The translations under genes and the position numbers were made by a program. This document shows positions 1 through 13,952 of a stretch of DNA of 64,000 nt, piece by piece. Under the pieces are notes generated by a model that was not told the DNA's origin, did not search any database, and worked only from the letters and a program-made list of their open reading frames with translations. The number at the start of each line of letters is the position of its first letter. Within the stretch, counting starts at the first letter, position 1. The stretch comes from Zootoca vivipara (taxonomy: Eukaryota): positions 15,252,001 through 15,316,000 of the forward strand of contig NC_083282.1 in the NCBI RefSeq assembly GCF_963506605.1, given 5' to 3'.

Positions 1-3000
1 GAAAACATACAGGTATTCCTCTTCCAGTTTCTGAAATTATTATGTGAAAGTGTGACTTTGAATTTGTTGCATGCAATCTTCAGATCACAGTATGAGATTT
101 TCGTCCTGCCAGGATTGAGTTTTATTCGCTCACTTTATCCATCCCTACCCACTCCTTACTGACAGGACAGGAGGGCAGCGAACTATTGAGTATGCCATTT
201 CTCTGCTGGTCGGGCGGGTAGGCGGGGGGGGGGGGGGTGGAGAGTGGAAGGGAGTCTCCTGATGTATAGCAACATGCTCCTTTCTGAAAACGATCAACAT
301 GCCAGCCTGCAGGAGATTTGCCATGTGCAAAACAGAATCTACAAATGAACACACACTGCAACATGGAAGGCATGCATTCACTTAGGAAACTGCATCGTTT
401 AATATGGCCTTTGGTTTTTCTTATTCAAGGACAAAACTTCAAAATATCAATTGCGTCACTCCGGGTTTTTTTTTCTCCCCTCCACGAAGCAACATACAAC
501 AAATATTGAGGTGCTTTTCTCAGGGCTTCGTTAATTCTATTTGATATTACTGATGGTATTTCACATGCTGTAATCTACCCCCCGGAACCTTTGGGACAGG
601 ATGCAACAGAAAGTCCAGCTAACAAAATCCAAACATTTCATTGCTATTTTGTTGCTGGTTTGTTAAAACAAAGTTTCAACAATAAAGCACATGGTATTTT
701 AAATACAGTATCTTTAGGAGAAGTAATTCATTTGCTCTTTTGATACATGCATATTGATACGAGATGCGCTGGGCTTGTTGGGATTACTGAAAAATCCACA
801 CTTTGTACCCAAATTTCTTTTTTTAAACTGCAGCTACAAGTTACCACATGCCTCAAGGTACAAATCTTATATATATTTCATTGGAGACAAGGAAGCACTG
901 CTAACTTATTAATTATAAAATGTTCTCATGGCTCTGCTACACAGGACTCTGCCAACAGTGCAACAATATTTTATAAACCAGTAACTATTTAAAGCTCTCA
1001 AATGTTTCATTTTAAATGGACCAAGGCCTATCCCATCAGCTGAGAAGATGCTTGTGTGAAGAGGAATACTAGGAAAATCAAATTCACGATAGCAAAGAGA
1101 TCTGCCAGTATATTTGCCTTTGTTCTGTCTGAAATCCCTATTTTTAAGCAATGCTGCGGAAACAGAATTTATTTATTTTTACCATTCAGCTGAAAAGTGA
1201 CATATATGGACACTAAACAATGTCTCCCCCCCAAAAAAAAACCCAACCAGCAGAATCTGTAGAAGTAAGAGCTCAATAGTTTATGATGCCTGCTTTTGAA
1301 GGAAGGAAAGAAGGAAGAAAGACATGTAGCTGCGATCAAATTGTGAATGCTGAAAAATATCATAATCTGCTTTCACTTTCCTTTTTAGGATCTATTCTGA
1401 TATTTATCAGAAAAGCTATGTTCGATCTAATTTATACAGGAGACAGGAATTATCAGTTAGGCATGAAGGCACGAAAGAGTTAACAGTAAAATACATGCCA
1501 AGGTTTTAATAAGGCTTTACAATAAAAAGCTTCAGTCCTCCACTTTCACTAGATGTTGTTGTGGTGGTTTTTCCCTTGCTTAGGGCAATCCATCTGTTAA
1601 TTTTGACTTGCAGTGCAGTTAAGCGCTCTCTTCTTCCACCCCCACCCCTGCACACCCACAACCAAACAGCCCAGAATAGCTATGAGGAGGCTGACACACA
1701 CACCTTACAGAAATAGAACAATTCTTTTCAGAACATCTTAGGCAAAGATCAATTGCGCATTTCTCATTTGTGTTTCGTTTCGGGGTCTCCCCCTCCACCG
1801 ACTTGCAGGATTAATACACAAACGGTGCAGGGCCTACTAAAGATAAAATAGTTTGCGATGAAAATTATTTACTTCTCCGTCTCGTTTCCTTTTGGTGCAT
1901 TTTAATTCCCTGGATTTCTAAAAGTGCCTTCCCGATTGGACAACGCAAAAGAAGAAGAAGTCTATGCTGGCTGTGATAGAGATTAGTAAATATTCATTGT
2001 TAACAACTGATCTGCACTGTGACCAATGCGGTTATTCTCAATGGGCAAACTGGCCTTGTTTTCAATAAAAGCAGAGAAGTAGCCTTTCCCTTGAGCCCTG
2101 TTAGACTGACGCGGCAGTTGGAACTGTCATCTTCACACAAAAGCAAAGGGGCTGGGTTTTACAAACGCAAAGCCTAATTGGGAGATCTTCATGGCTGTAC
2201 CCCTGACATTTATTTAAACCTCATCAAAAAAACAGGAAATAACTGAACTAATTAGTGGACTGGCATACAAACTACTATTTGTTGGGGTAGAAAAGCATAT
2301 TCATATTCTGCTCTAGAAAATGACAATGCTACTAATGATGATGTCAGAAACAATGGCATTAACGTGATCTTCAAGAAGGAAGATGACTTTGGTTTTATAT
2401 ACTGTTTCATAATGCCAATTCGTCAAACTCCTCGGCCCCAAATAATTCCTGCCTTTTAAATAAATTTGCAAATGACGAGTTTAATATTTATCTCTCAGGA
2501 GAAAGCAATAGAAAACACCTTTAAACTCCCTCCCAGAGCTAGGATTGAACAGAAAATATTATATATTTTAGGGCTCATCTTTATTTAAAAGACCACATTA
2601 TATTTCCCAAGGTAGCACAGGATAAGCAATCTGTAGTTGTAAAATTTGCACTGGCACTCTTTTAAAGGTTGCTGAACAGAAACCAAAATTAGGATAAGTG
2701 CAGCAAAGACCACATTCATTTGAAATTAAATACAGTATAAATAAATCGTAATTAAGACACACACATTGGTAATAATTAAAGACTGCTAAGCTTTATCTTA
2801 CAGTACAAAACAGATTTTTTAAAAAACCTGGCATAGACAAAAATGTTTGGGATCTAATAGTAAAAATCATTCATTTAACAATATAATTCTAGAAGCCTTA
2901 GGTGTTTTAATTACCTAGTTTATGCATAGAACATAGAATATACTGTTCTCAAAACTTGTACAAAATATGTAAAATAGATAATAAATTGTGTTCTGCCAGC

Positions 3001-3980
3001 ATGCAGCTCTCAATAATGATGCAACACATTTATGATTTATTAAGATTAGTTCCATTACTGAACAATTAATGTGGAACAGCAGATAGAACAAACTGGGCAA
3101 TATATCAGGAGATTTCTAATTTTCATGAATGTAACAAATGGATAAAAATAGATCTGTGTAAAAATTCAAATTAAAACTACAAATTGCCAATGTCTTTTAC
3201 ATTTAAAAGATACCTATATATTGAAAACAAAGAAAACACAGATCTTGCCATATCAGTTTACAGAACATACTGAACTTGTGGTAGAAGATGACACACTAGC
3301 TGTCATGATGCTTCAACGTGTTAACTATACATTTGCAGTTCAGATTTTTTCACATGTACTATTTGCTTTCTCAGTTGTCAATATATTAAATATTTACAGA
3401 AGTGGGTTGCTAAAAAAATTGATGCACTTGGTGTCTATATGGAACATACACTGAGAAGCTACAGATATAGTCGTTTACCACCATGTACCCAAAATGAATC
3501 TCTTTAAAACTTAATATAGCCTTCTTGCCTAATTAAAACACAAATATGCATAAATTACTTCTAATAATTTGAAGAGTAAGGGATTCAGCAGTAAGTCTAA
3601 AATTGCTACTCACACAATTGAATCACTTCCTACACCCTTTTGCTGCCACACACACACCCCAGATCAAGATTTCGGCACCAATTCTTAAGCACAACTCTTG
3701 TTCCTATGTTCTGCTGCCATAGACATTGTTATGTTGGCATGGGGGAAATGATTTATGCAGGACAGGGGGTTGGGAAATGAATGGATACACACCAAAGATG
3801 AATGATCTATCTTGCATTCTCTTTGTACACACACCAAACTCCAACATAGTTGCACAATACAGTATCAGCTAAATTCTTTAACCTGTCTAGATTATGAAGC
3901 AAGCAAGCATGGCAGATGTGAAAATCTGTGCCCATTGCCTTGCACAGCCTATGGCACAGCAGTCATGAACAAAACCAGGT

Positions 3981-4529
3981 TACACATCACTTGGGAAGAC
4001 AGGCGAACTAATATCAGTGTACTGGAAGAAGCAAAGATCACCAGTGTTGAAGCAATGATTCTTCAACATCAACTTCATTGGACTGGTCATGTTGTGTGGA
4101 TGCCTGATGATCGTCTTCCAAAGCAACTACTCTATTCCGAACTTTAAAATGGAAAGCGTAATGCTGGTGGTCAACAAAAGAGGTTTAAAGACTGTCTCAA
4201 GGCAAATCTTTTAAAATGTAGTATAAACACTGACAACTGGGAAACACTGGCCTGCGAGCGCTCCAATTGGAGAATAGCCTTTACCAAAGGTGTCATGGGC
4301 TTTGAAGAAACTCGATCTCAGGATGCAAGGGAGAAACATGCTAAGAGGAAGGCACGCTTGGAAAAACCACACCGTGATCAGCTCCTGCCTGGAAACCAAT
4401 GTCCTCACTGTGGAAGGACGTGTGGATCCAGAATTGGCCTCCACAGTCACTTACAGACCCATTGTTAAAACCGTGTTTATGGAAGACAATCTTACTCGGC
4501 TACGAGTGATCGCCAAAGAAGAAGAAGAC
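3981..4529 (+). mobile_element. RTE-clade LINE (not Bov-B), 5'-truncated 3' fragment
   Basis: Degenerate RT C-terminus ITWEDRRTN..VL...QLHWTGHVVWMPDDRLPKQLLYSEL, then a C2H2-like CPHCGRTCGSRIGLHSHLQTH, ending in a (GAA)n tail. Confidence 0.85.
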
Positions 4530-4899
4530 CCTTTTATATAAAGTAATTTTCAAGGTGGGTAGAAACACAAAGCTTATTTAATGTTTATCTGCACATGGTG
4601 GGAAAGCAAGAAGCATTATGCTAACATTAATTCATGCCAACTAATTCATCATCATCATCATTACTAATTACTAATCATTATTATCATCTGCTATAATTTA
4701 CAGTTTAGCCAAGCAAAGTGAACAACAAATCTTATCTTACAAAACAACTGAGAAGCAATCTCCTTCCACTTTGGAGCCGAGGCTCAAAGTCCACCAAGGG
4801 AGCTTACAGTCCTTGAGTTGTAAGGACTTCCCAGGTCAACAAAAATACTCTGACTAGTGTAGCATATGGGATCTCTAAATATGTATAAACATGAACAAT

Positions 4900-4995
4900 T
4901 TTCAGAGGGGTAGCTGTGCTTGTTGTTTCAGCTACAACAGAGTCAGCACCTTAAAAGTTTAACAAACATTTTGTGGCATGTTTTACATCAAAGCT
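4900..4995 (-). mobile_element. Degenerate Penelope-like pLTR remnant
   Basis: gggtagctgtg...agcaccttaaaagtttaacaaa resembles the pLTR motif agcaccttaaagaccaacta at 40241 and 59841, and the gtagccgtgttgg terminus. Confidence 0.4.
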
Positions 4996-7145
4996 CAAGG
5001 CATGATGCATAGGTCTGGATATATAGCTTTATTTGCAGCACTTACTGTCAAGAGCAGAGATTGACTTTTTGTCATCATAACTCTGTGAACCAATGTGCAC
5101 CCAAAGCATTAGTAAAGAGGAAGTTGATATTAATTTAGAAATTTGAATGTTAAAAAAAAGTGTCCTGAGCACATTTCATTTCATGAGTGATATTCTTTGA
5201 CTACAAGCATACTTTTCAATATTCTTATAACATGGAAGTTAAAATCTGAAAACATGTGTATGTATTTTGCTTAGAAAAATAACCATCTTCCTAGTTTTCT
5301 GGCACTAGTAACCAAAGTAATAAAGCATATGCCTCAAATTTGGAGACTTGGGGTTAGAACTCCCGCTCTCAAAGAGCCCAGGTACCTTTTTCACACCTAG
5401 CTCTCACTGAGATATGTAAACCTGTGTCTGGACTGTGCCACATCAGATGACAGGTGGGGGGCTCGCATGATAGGATGCTCCATTCATATATGTGCATATT
5501 AGATGTCAGGAAGAAGAGTTCTCGCCTGAGATGCTATTTTTCTCTGTGCAGGAAATATGTTTACATGGAATATTCAGTCAGATGAGCTCCAATCTGCAGC
5601 CGGAAGGGGAACATCAGTGAGAAGTAGGGTTTAATCTTCATATATATCCAACTTCAAGAGGTGGATGGGTACGGGTATGCTTGAACACACTGTGTAGGGG
5701 GACTAGGGAACATGCCAGACAACACGTACATCCTATGAGGGCAATCCCACAGGAATTTTGTGAACAACTAAACTGATATACAAGTGCATGTCAGCAGTCA
5801 CCTAAATGGAATTGTCAGTATTGCTATGTGCATGACCAAACAGTGCAAAATATCTATTTCTCAACATTGGGGAAATTTAAATAAATGATTTATCTCATTT
5901 TATATACATTTAAATAGTATTCCATATAATTTACTTCCCAGTTTTTTGGAGGTTGTGTCAAGACTGCCTACTTGCATAGATCATACTGAGTACCAACACT
6001 GGCATATGAATGCTGGCAATTGCAGTTAGATAAGCCATTGCTTAAATAGATCCTGGAGTTCAAGTGTTCTGGCTTGGCACTATTCCACCCGCTTGCATAC
6101 ATTACTGATTGCAACTAAACATGACAAAAGAGGGACAAACTGTCCCTATCTTGATTTGAAGGGAATCATTCTTTTCAGAGTGCAAAGAGACCTTTCTCAT
6201 TCCAAATGTTTACCCGCAAGGCATCCACCATCTCCAGCCTTCTCTTCAGCAGTTACCCTCCCCAAGGAATTCCCTTGCAACCTTGGTTCCATTTCCTTTC
6301 CCCTAAACCTACCTTCCAACAGCGTTGATTGGAGGGAGGGTGCAAAGAAGGGGACTGCTCCTCTAGACTCCATTTGGCCCAAAACCCATAGTAACAGGAA
6401 GTTGCCAATGCAATGGGGAATTTTGGAATTGCAGTTTGCTAGGATTTCAGGGTCTCTACAAAAGCAGTAGCTCGAAATAAGCCCGATCTTATTTATGAGC
6501 TGAGCCAAAATTTAAGGAGGTTTTGTCTCGCATCATAGAAAGCTTGTTGTTTCCAAACAGCTCTCCCAGTTCCAAAACCTGGCAACATTACCAATGATAA
6601 CTATTAATGGTGCTCTTTAAAATGCTATCTAGCTTCTAGACCAAGTCAAATCTATAATTTGACTCTATGTAAGATAGTAAAAATTACAGAGTAAGTAGAG
6701 TATCTACAAATATATCAATTATTAATATATTTTTGTTTATCCTTTCTGCTTAATACTTGTACAAAGTATGAAAATGAGAACAAGAAAATGCTTTACTAGA
6801 TAATAAGTCCAGGCAGCATGAATCTAAAATGTATATGTGTCTTACAGTTCTTGAACCTTCGAGTATGGTACCTTGTTCCATTAATAATTCTGCACAAATA
6901 CTTTTAATGTGGCAGTTAATGTTCAACATTGGCATGAAGATAAATGATATTTACTTATGCTTCTCAGTGTTTTGGTTTGACATATTTTTGAAATAACAAA
7001 ATCACAGGCATGCATGGAGATGAGTTGATGTTTGAAAACCATGCTCATCCAAATTTTTGTGTCCCTTTAAAGCAAATTTCAACACACACTAGTAGCATTC
7101 TTTTCTATTTCAACCAAAGCATGCAAACCTACACGCTTTATACAG

Positions 7146-7320
7146 GGCCAGACCACAGTTCAGTGGTAGTCCAAATGCTCTGGGTGAAGAAGGCCCCACT
7201 TTCAATTCCAAGTATCTCCAATTTGAAGGTGGGAGAGACTGGAAAGCCTCTACTAGCCAGAGAGCAGACATCATTGAAAGAGATGGAAAAGTGGTCTGAC
7301 TCGGTATAAGGCAAATTTAT
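7146..7320 (+). mobile_element. Old tRNA-derived SINE with CR1-like 3' tail (Squam2/ACASINE2-like)
   Basis: Degenerate A/B boxes (cagttcagtggtag; ttcaattccc) and the tail agatgga..agtggtctgactcggtataaggca. Related fragments occur near 15510-15560, 28060-28150 and 48625-48790. Confidence 0.55.
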
Positions 7321-7409
7321 ACATTTTTATGCTACCCATCAGACAAAGAGAATAAATCATATTTCTTCAATATCCTTCAAGAGGGTTTTTCTTCCTGAAA
7401 TTACCTTAC

Positions 7410-7520
7410 CTGCCCAAGTCTTCTTTTCTCTGCGCTAAGTCTTTGTGGATTGTGCAATGTGTAGACTGGAGTATATTGCACAAAACCCGAGCTACAAATT
7501 CCATACTCATCTTCTGTTTC
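7410..7520 (-). CDS. DENND1B: DENND1B internal exon: ETEDEYGICSSGFVQYTPVYTLHNPQRLSAEKRRLGQ
   Basis: ttttattctatag|GAA...CAG|gtaagg, 111 nt. Similar to remembered ENEEDYGTCSSSVQYTPVYKLHN...SEKRKLAQ. Confidence 0.92.
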
Positions 7521-8476
7521 CTATAGAATAAAATTAAGATTGAAAAACCTTTACGCGTTTACTATATGTGCAACATTTAAAGTGTCAAACAGAATTTCAG
7601 ACAGTTTTACTTTGTATTCCAGAAGGACGCAGTTAATCACTAAAACCATTTATTTATTGCAGAGACTAACAAACAGAGATATTTCTTTAAGAGTTTAATA
7701 TCTCTGTTTTGTTAGTCACTGCATACACACACATATATGGTACTACAGTAAATCACTTTTGCTAAAACAGATGGGGGGAAAGATGTCATAAAAACTGTCA
7801 CCAAAATTAACTTAAACTTCATAGCAAGATGTTTAAGGTGCCAAATAACTTTTAAATAGAGTGAAGCTTTCATGAAGAACATTTAACAACCAATTCATGT
7901 AATCAGCCTTCACATTTGAAGGAGAAGAGAAATAATATTAAAAGTACTCCCTATACTATTAAATATTGCAGGCAAACAAATAAAAAATTAAATCAAACAA
8001 ACAATGCCTTGACGACATGCCTCCAATATGTTTATATTGCTGCTCTTGAAAGTTAAGGGATTTCAGCATGCTAAAATACTGCCACCATTTACAGATCTCA
8101 TGAAACTTAGACAACTACACCTTCTGAATTACATTTCCTTGGTAAAACTGGCTTGCCTTAAATTCTCAGCTTGAAGCAAAAGCTTCAATTGTGATATCAA
8201 AGAAATCAGCTTTATGAAAACATACATCCTGTTAACGTATCTTTGAAGACCTCTGTTTTTCCATGATAAATATGCAAACAATAAAGAGATTATTCGAGTG
8301 GATGCATAGAATGACAGATAGTTGCCAGAGGGCTTGTTATAAAAAATGTATTGTTGAACAAAGGGCTAAGCATATTTCAAAAGTCATTAAAAACACAAAT
8401 CTTGTGGGATTTGTAAGGTATGTACTTCAAACTGAAGCAAGAAACAAGGTAAGAAAGTACAAATTCTGTTACATAC

Positions 8477-8533
8477 CTTGTGTTTTAACTTACTTCTCAC
8501 CTCCTTTATCCCCTGTTTTGCATGATTTTTTGC
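8477..8533 (-). CDS. DENND1B: DENND1B internal exon: AKNHAKQGIKEVRSKLKHK
   Basis: ttttttttcctag|GCA...AAG|gtatgt, 57 nt. Confidence 0.94.
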
Positions 8534-9517
8534 CTAGGAAAAAAAAGGGGGGGAAACTAAATGGCTTTGCAAAACAATGGTTTGAAGAGTGCTGTATATG
8601 AGGTGAAATTTAATTAAAAATTAAATCTCTCACATTATGTGGTATAATGAAAGGAAATTACTTCCTTGCTAATTTCACACATGATTGTTAATAAGCTTTG
8701 AGTGTATTAAAAACTGTACCTCAGCATATATATATCTGGGTTACCAAAAAGAAAAAACAACTGCCACTAATTAAATGGTATTTCTTTAATAGTTCTTTTT
8801 TTGCATAATGGTATATTTGGAGAAAGACTTAGTTCAACCACTTGTTGGATAGTGAAAAAGTTATAGCAATGGAGTTCCAATTGTGTCATTTTTGCAGTGA
8901 TGTTGCTAACTGTGGAATCTTTGAGTTGACACCATTATTAGGTTTACATTTTGTTGCACCAAAAATATCAGTCAAGTTTCATTCCACTATATGATATCAG
9001 CTTGCATAAAAATGAATCTTAGAACTTCCCTTAATTTAGAGATGCAGTAACCTCACACAGCTTCATTAACTATGAACCCCAAAATTTGTGATCCCCTCCA
9101 AACTGGTGCCAAAGTTTTGCCATTGTTTTGCAGCATTTTCTGGTGAAACCTCTGTGTTTTGCAGCGCCCCATGAACTAAGTAATTAATACATCAAACCAG
9201 GATTCATAATTAACACTACAAAATCCAGCGTTGTCTGAATAACTTCAAACCACACACACCCATTGCATAAAAGGTAGCGGATGTTTTCTTAAAGAAAAGG
9301 TTAAGTTTTAAGAGAGCAAGGGAAGCTCCAACAACCATCCATTTGGATGCAGCTCAGCTATTGGAATTCCTACAATGATTAGCGGTTTTCCACACAGATA
9401 TAGCTGTCGGGCAAAACAGAAGTCAACCGGGGGCAACTAACTCTAAATTATAATGGGGACTGTCACTCACAATTTCAAGGACCTGGGGAGAAAAATGGGC
9501 CTCGCAACACACAAAAT

Positions 9518-9520
<3 letters not shown>

Positions 9521-9552
<32 letters not shown>
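9521..9552. repeat. (CA)n microsatellite
   Basis: Read directly. Confidence 0.95.
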
Positions 9553-9554
<2 letters not shown>

Positions 9555-11078
9555 TATATGCATTTGGACGGTCCCTCTGCACTGCTCTGCTTGCTAGTGA
9601 CAACACACTCAGATCTGTCTCCATATGCCTATTTGAAAGCACTGCAACACAGAAAAGCAGTATCCATACTCTGATGTACCTTTGGGCGATCTTTTCAGAC
9701 TGATCTAGACAAGTCTGAAAAGTTTAGTTTGGGTATAGGAAGGAGTAGCATCATGACATGGCAGCTTGGGGTAGCAATAGGTCACCAACGCTTTGCTGCA
9801 ACACAGCAGTGATGCCTGGGTTTCCCAGTGGCAATATATGGTGAGCTGCCATTTTAATTTCCCTCAATGCTACAGAGTGATGCTAGGTCAGGGCATTGTG
9901 GGAAATTCAGATGGTCACTGCCACAGCCACCATCAGCTAAGCACCAAGGGGGCCACAACAACATAGGAGCGACCCAGCAGTGGGCACATTCAGCACTAAC
10001 AGATGAAGAGATATAATTGGCAAAATAGAGGGAGGAAAATCTAGTGGAAAAAAAGAGAAGGGTAATTTTCTGACAACCTGTTAATGAGCTGCATGTAAAT
10101 TATAAATGAGCACATGAATCCACAGTGCTTTTAATGTATTTACCTGGATTATTTTTCTTCATATGTTCGGTATGATTTTGAATTGATGTACAATTAAAAA
10201 TTCTCTTTTAAAAAAGAGATTAAGGAACTGATTTATTTATTGATGACTGGAGCCTCAAAGGAAGGCTGTGATTTGGAATAATAGTTTTCAGGCAAGGAAG
10301 GCTCTCCTTTGCCTCTGTGTTTGGCATTTAACCTTGCTGTTCCTTCACACGCAGATAGTTCCCAACATGAATATAATCTCCATGTAGAGGGAAGGGTTAC
10401 TAAACTTGCAATGTTGCTATAAAGCCAAGTGTGTGTACTTGTGGCAAAATGTCAGATGCTGTGGCATGAATACTTGTAGCAGGCCAGCTAGTCAAGAAGA
10501 GGTAATTCTCAAACCACTCATTCCAATTGAGTCTCAGTAAAGAAAAGCCATTAAGACCTTATGGGATTATACCTCCATTTTTCTGACCAACTGAGTTAAG
10601 CTTCACATGATATATAATTAAACTGGACTTATGCTGTAGGTACAAATGCCAAAAGGTAATGATAGTTTTGCTTGGGGAAAGGGTGGTTGCCAGTAAAATG
10701 GCTGAAGTTGTTATGACAGAGTAACAAGTAACATCAGCAAAGGCTCTGGAAAATTTTGCAGAGAAGCTCTAAAAACTGGTGCCCTGAAACTCTTGTTTTA
10801 TTCACACATCCATTTGCCCTGCTTCTTTCCCCTAGCAAAACCTGAATCGGAACAAACAGCAATCTGGGTTTCTGCAGATTGCTGTTTGTTCCAATTTAGT
10901 GCTAAAGAGTGGTTTTTCTGGAGGAAAGTGGTGGGACAAAGGCAAAACTGCTCAGGCCCATCCCTAGAAAGCACAGGACAAGTGGAAAACAAGTAGAAGT
11001 GTGGATGAGCTCTAAGCCAATGACATATTACCCCAATATTTTAACAATCCACAAATTGATGAAGGAACTCTAGAAATG

Positions 11079-11957
11079 CTGCATTTTTCAGTCCATAACA
11101 CACACCGGACCATAAGACGTACCTATTTTTAAAAGGAGGAAAACAAGAAAAAAATATTTCTGCCTCAAACCTGGTGGTGGCGGCTGCAGAGGAGAAAGCA
11201 GCTTTTGGGCTGCACATTCCTCCACCGCCGCCTCAGCCGCCAGTGACAAAGGGGTGGGGGGGAACATTCCTCCTTCCTCCCCCGCCCCTTTGCCGCTGGC
11301 TTTAAAGCCAGCTGGGGAGAAGGGGAGGACCCTATGGTCCGTCCTTTCTCCCCAGCTGGCTTTAAAGCAAGTGTGGGGAGAATCGCCCTGATGCTGTGCC
11401 CGAAGCTAGCGCTTCTCCCCCTGCTTACTTTAAAGGCAGCTGGGGAGAAGGGACGGACCATGACCTCCTTTCCTTCTCCCCAGCTGGCTTTAAAGCAAGC
11501 AGGAGGGGAGAGAACCACTAGTGCCGCGCAGCTCTCCCCTTCCGGGCCACTAGGTCCTGCCCCCCTGCCTCTCGCTGTGTTCAGTGAGAGGTGGGGGCGG
11601 CAGGCAGCAGAGGAGATGCTGCTGGCTCCTCCCCTCCAGCTCTGTTCACAAAAGCAGGCTTGTCTTTGCGAACAGAGGCAGCGGGGAAGAGCCAGCAGCA
11701 TCTCCTCCGCTGACCCCGCTTCTTGCTGAACGTGGGGGAGGCGGAGGAGATGCTGCTGGCTCCTCCCCACTGCCTCCATTCACAAAAGCAGGCTTGTTTT
11801 TGCTAACAGAGGTGGCAGGGAAGAACCAGCAGCATCTCCTCCCCCCCCCACTTCTCGCTGCTTGCTTGACAGGGAGCCTTCGCTCCATAAGACGCACCAA
11901 CATTTTCCCTTTGTTTTAGGAGGGGGGGACGTGCGCCTTATGGAGCGAAAAATACGG
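11079..11957. mobile_element. Non-autonomous Tc1/mariner (Tc2/Kanga-like) element with a GC-rich fold-back interior
   Basis: Right TIR gtgcgccttatggagcgaaaaatacgg followed by TA. The left TIR ctgcatttttcagtccataacacacac is degenerate. Subterminal ccataagacg repeats and internal hairpins are present. Confidence 0.8.
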
Positions 11958-12886
11958 TATCGTAACTAGACACTGGAAGGACCTTTCAGGAGTGAACATA
12001 GACCACTGGTACCAAAATGTATGGGAAGTCGCCCTACTGGAAAAGTTAACCAACCAACTTAAACTAGCAAAGGAGAGAAGCAAAGGAGGATGGTGTCAAC
12101 ATATTGTGGCTCCCCATAATCACATATACAGCACAACAAGACAATGACCTATCCCCTGCAACAGCATACAAATCAATATGGCTAAACTGATGCAACAACC
12201 CTGGCCCCCATACATACACACAAAACAACCATACTGCAACCAACTGAACACAACCAACCAAGCTCTGGGCCCTCCAATCTCTTGCAATGGCAACCCTCGT
12301 GACGCTGACACAAAGCACTGCACAAACATTATGCAATAGATGGAATATCATAATCCCTATGGCCTTTCCCCCCAACCGCACAATGTCTATGACAGTAGTG
12401 TCTCATCACGAATGTAAACAAACTGTGAAAAAGACTATGACTTGAAAGCGGAGACACTATATGTACTTGTTTGTCTGCTTGTTTTGTAACACAAGAAAAT
12501 CTTAATAAAAACTAATTTTAAAAAATGAGGGTGGAACTGACTTCCCATTCAATCTTTATCTAGAAATGTGATGATGTGGAATTCGCTGCAGTGCCGAAGA
12601 AAAAATATTATTAGTAAGAGACAAAGATAATGCTCCTCCAAAAGTCAGTGCTGGGGTGCAGTACTTAGACAGAGACGAAGGCCTGTGTAAAGGAAGTTCA
12701 TAGCCAGAAAGGTGGTGTTGGAGAAATCAAATTAGTACTATATGGAGAAAATCACTCACAAGGATAGGGGGAGAGGTTGGAATTTTAGACCAAAACACTG
12801 GGTACATGGAAGAAAGGGTTGAGTTTCCCTGCTGTGTTGCCAAGCTGAAATTGTGTTGTGTTTGAGTGAAATGAATTTCCCCTCTA

Positions 12887-13477
12887 CAGTGGTACCTTGG
12901 TGTTCAAACGCTTTGGTTCGCAAATGCCGAAACCCCAAAAGTAAGTGTTCTGGTTTTCAAATGTTTTTTCGGAAGCCAATGCAGCTGTCGGCTATTGTTT
13001 CCGGGGCGCCTGCACCAATCAGAAGCTGAGCCTTGGTTTTTGAACATTTCAGAAGTCAAACAGTCTTCCGGAACGGATTAAGTTTGGCACTTTTGTTTTT
13101 GCTATTTATTTTGCGCTTTTGTTTTTGAGGCTTTTTTGGCTAATTTGTTTTTGTGACTGATTGATTGATTGTGTGACTGTGGAAATGGATAAAAGCCCCC
13201 CATCCAAACAATTACTATCATCAGTGCAGGTAAGGAAAAAATAATAATTTTAATTTTTAGCATCTACAAAACTGTGCTTTCATTTTATGGATCAATGGTC
13301 TCGTTAGAAAGTAAAATTCATGTTAAATTTCTGTTTTAGGGGTTGTTTTTAAAAGCCTGGAACGGATTGATCCGTTTTGCATTGCTTTCTATGGGAAAGT
13401 GCACCTTGGTTTTGGAATGCTTTGGTTTTGGAACGGACTTCCAGAACGGATTAAATTTGAGAGCCAAGGTACCAGTG
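12887..13477. mobile_element. Tigger/pogo-like MITE
   Basis: TA|cagtggtaccttgg...ccaaggtaccagtg|TA. Same family as 47045-47817, in the opposite orientation. Confidence 0.88.
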
Positions 13478-13883
13478 TATACCTAGCAAAAATGACCTTC
13501 AGTTTGGATAGTGAGTATGATGTGTATGCAAACTCTAGCATACTCAGAAGCCAGGAAATTGGTGGAACTCAAAATTAGTCCTCTTCTCTGCTTGCAGCCT
13601 ACTCTATTATTCCGTTCCCTTTCTAAGCAAGGAACTAGGTTGGGTCCTGCATCACAGTGAAAACAAGAAAAAAACTATCTGCATCCTGGAGTTAAGCTTG
13701 GCAAGAAGAACAGGAGGACTGGGGGAGTTATGGTCCTGTTCTTGCCAACCCTAGTTCCTGGAAGCTGTAATAGCTGTTCTGGAAATAAATTCATTTTTTA
13801 TTTTTATTTTTTTTGCAGTATCTTAGATTAAAATAGGACATGCAGTTTGCAGAAAAATAAAACAGAACAGGGCTAGAGCTCAC

Positions 13884-13952
13884 ATATTGGTATGCTGTTT
13901 TCATAGCTGGGCTGGCTCTGGTCATAGCTGTGTTGATCAGGGCTCCTCCTTT
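13884..13952 (-). CDS. DENND1B: DENND1B internal exon: KGGALINTAMTRASPAMKTAYQY
   Basis: tatatttcag|AAA GGA...CAA TAT|gtgagc, 69 nt. Confidence 0.94.

Noticed and set aside
7410-7519. Alternative open frame KQKMSMEFVARVLCN... in the last exon
   Set aside because: The phase-0 junction from the preceding exon and the similarity to DENND1B select the ETEDEYG frame.
11165-11919. ORFs of 85-204 aa in a GC-rich block
   Set aside because: They lie in the palindromic interior of a MITE, with mirrored peptides on both strands and no domain or splice context.
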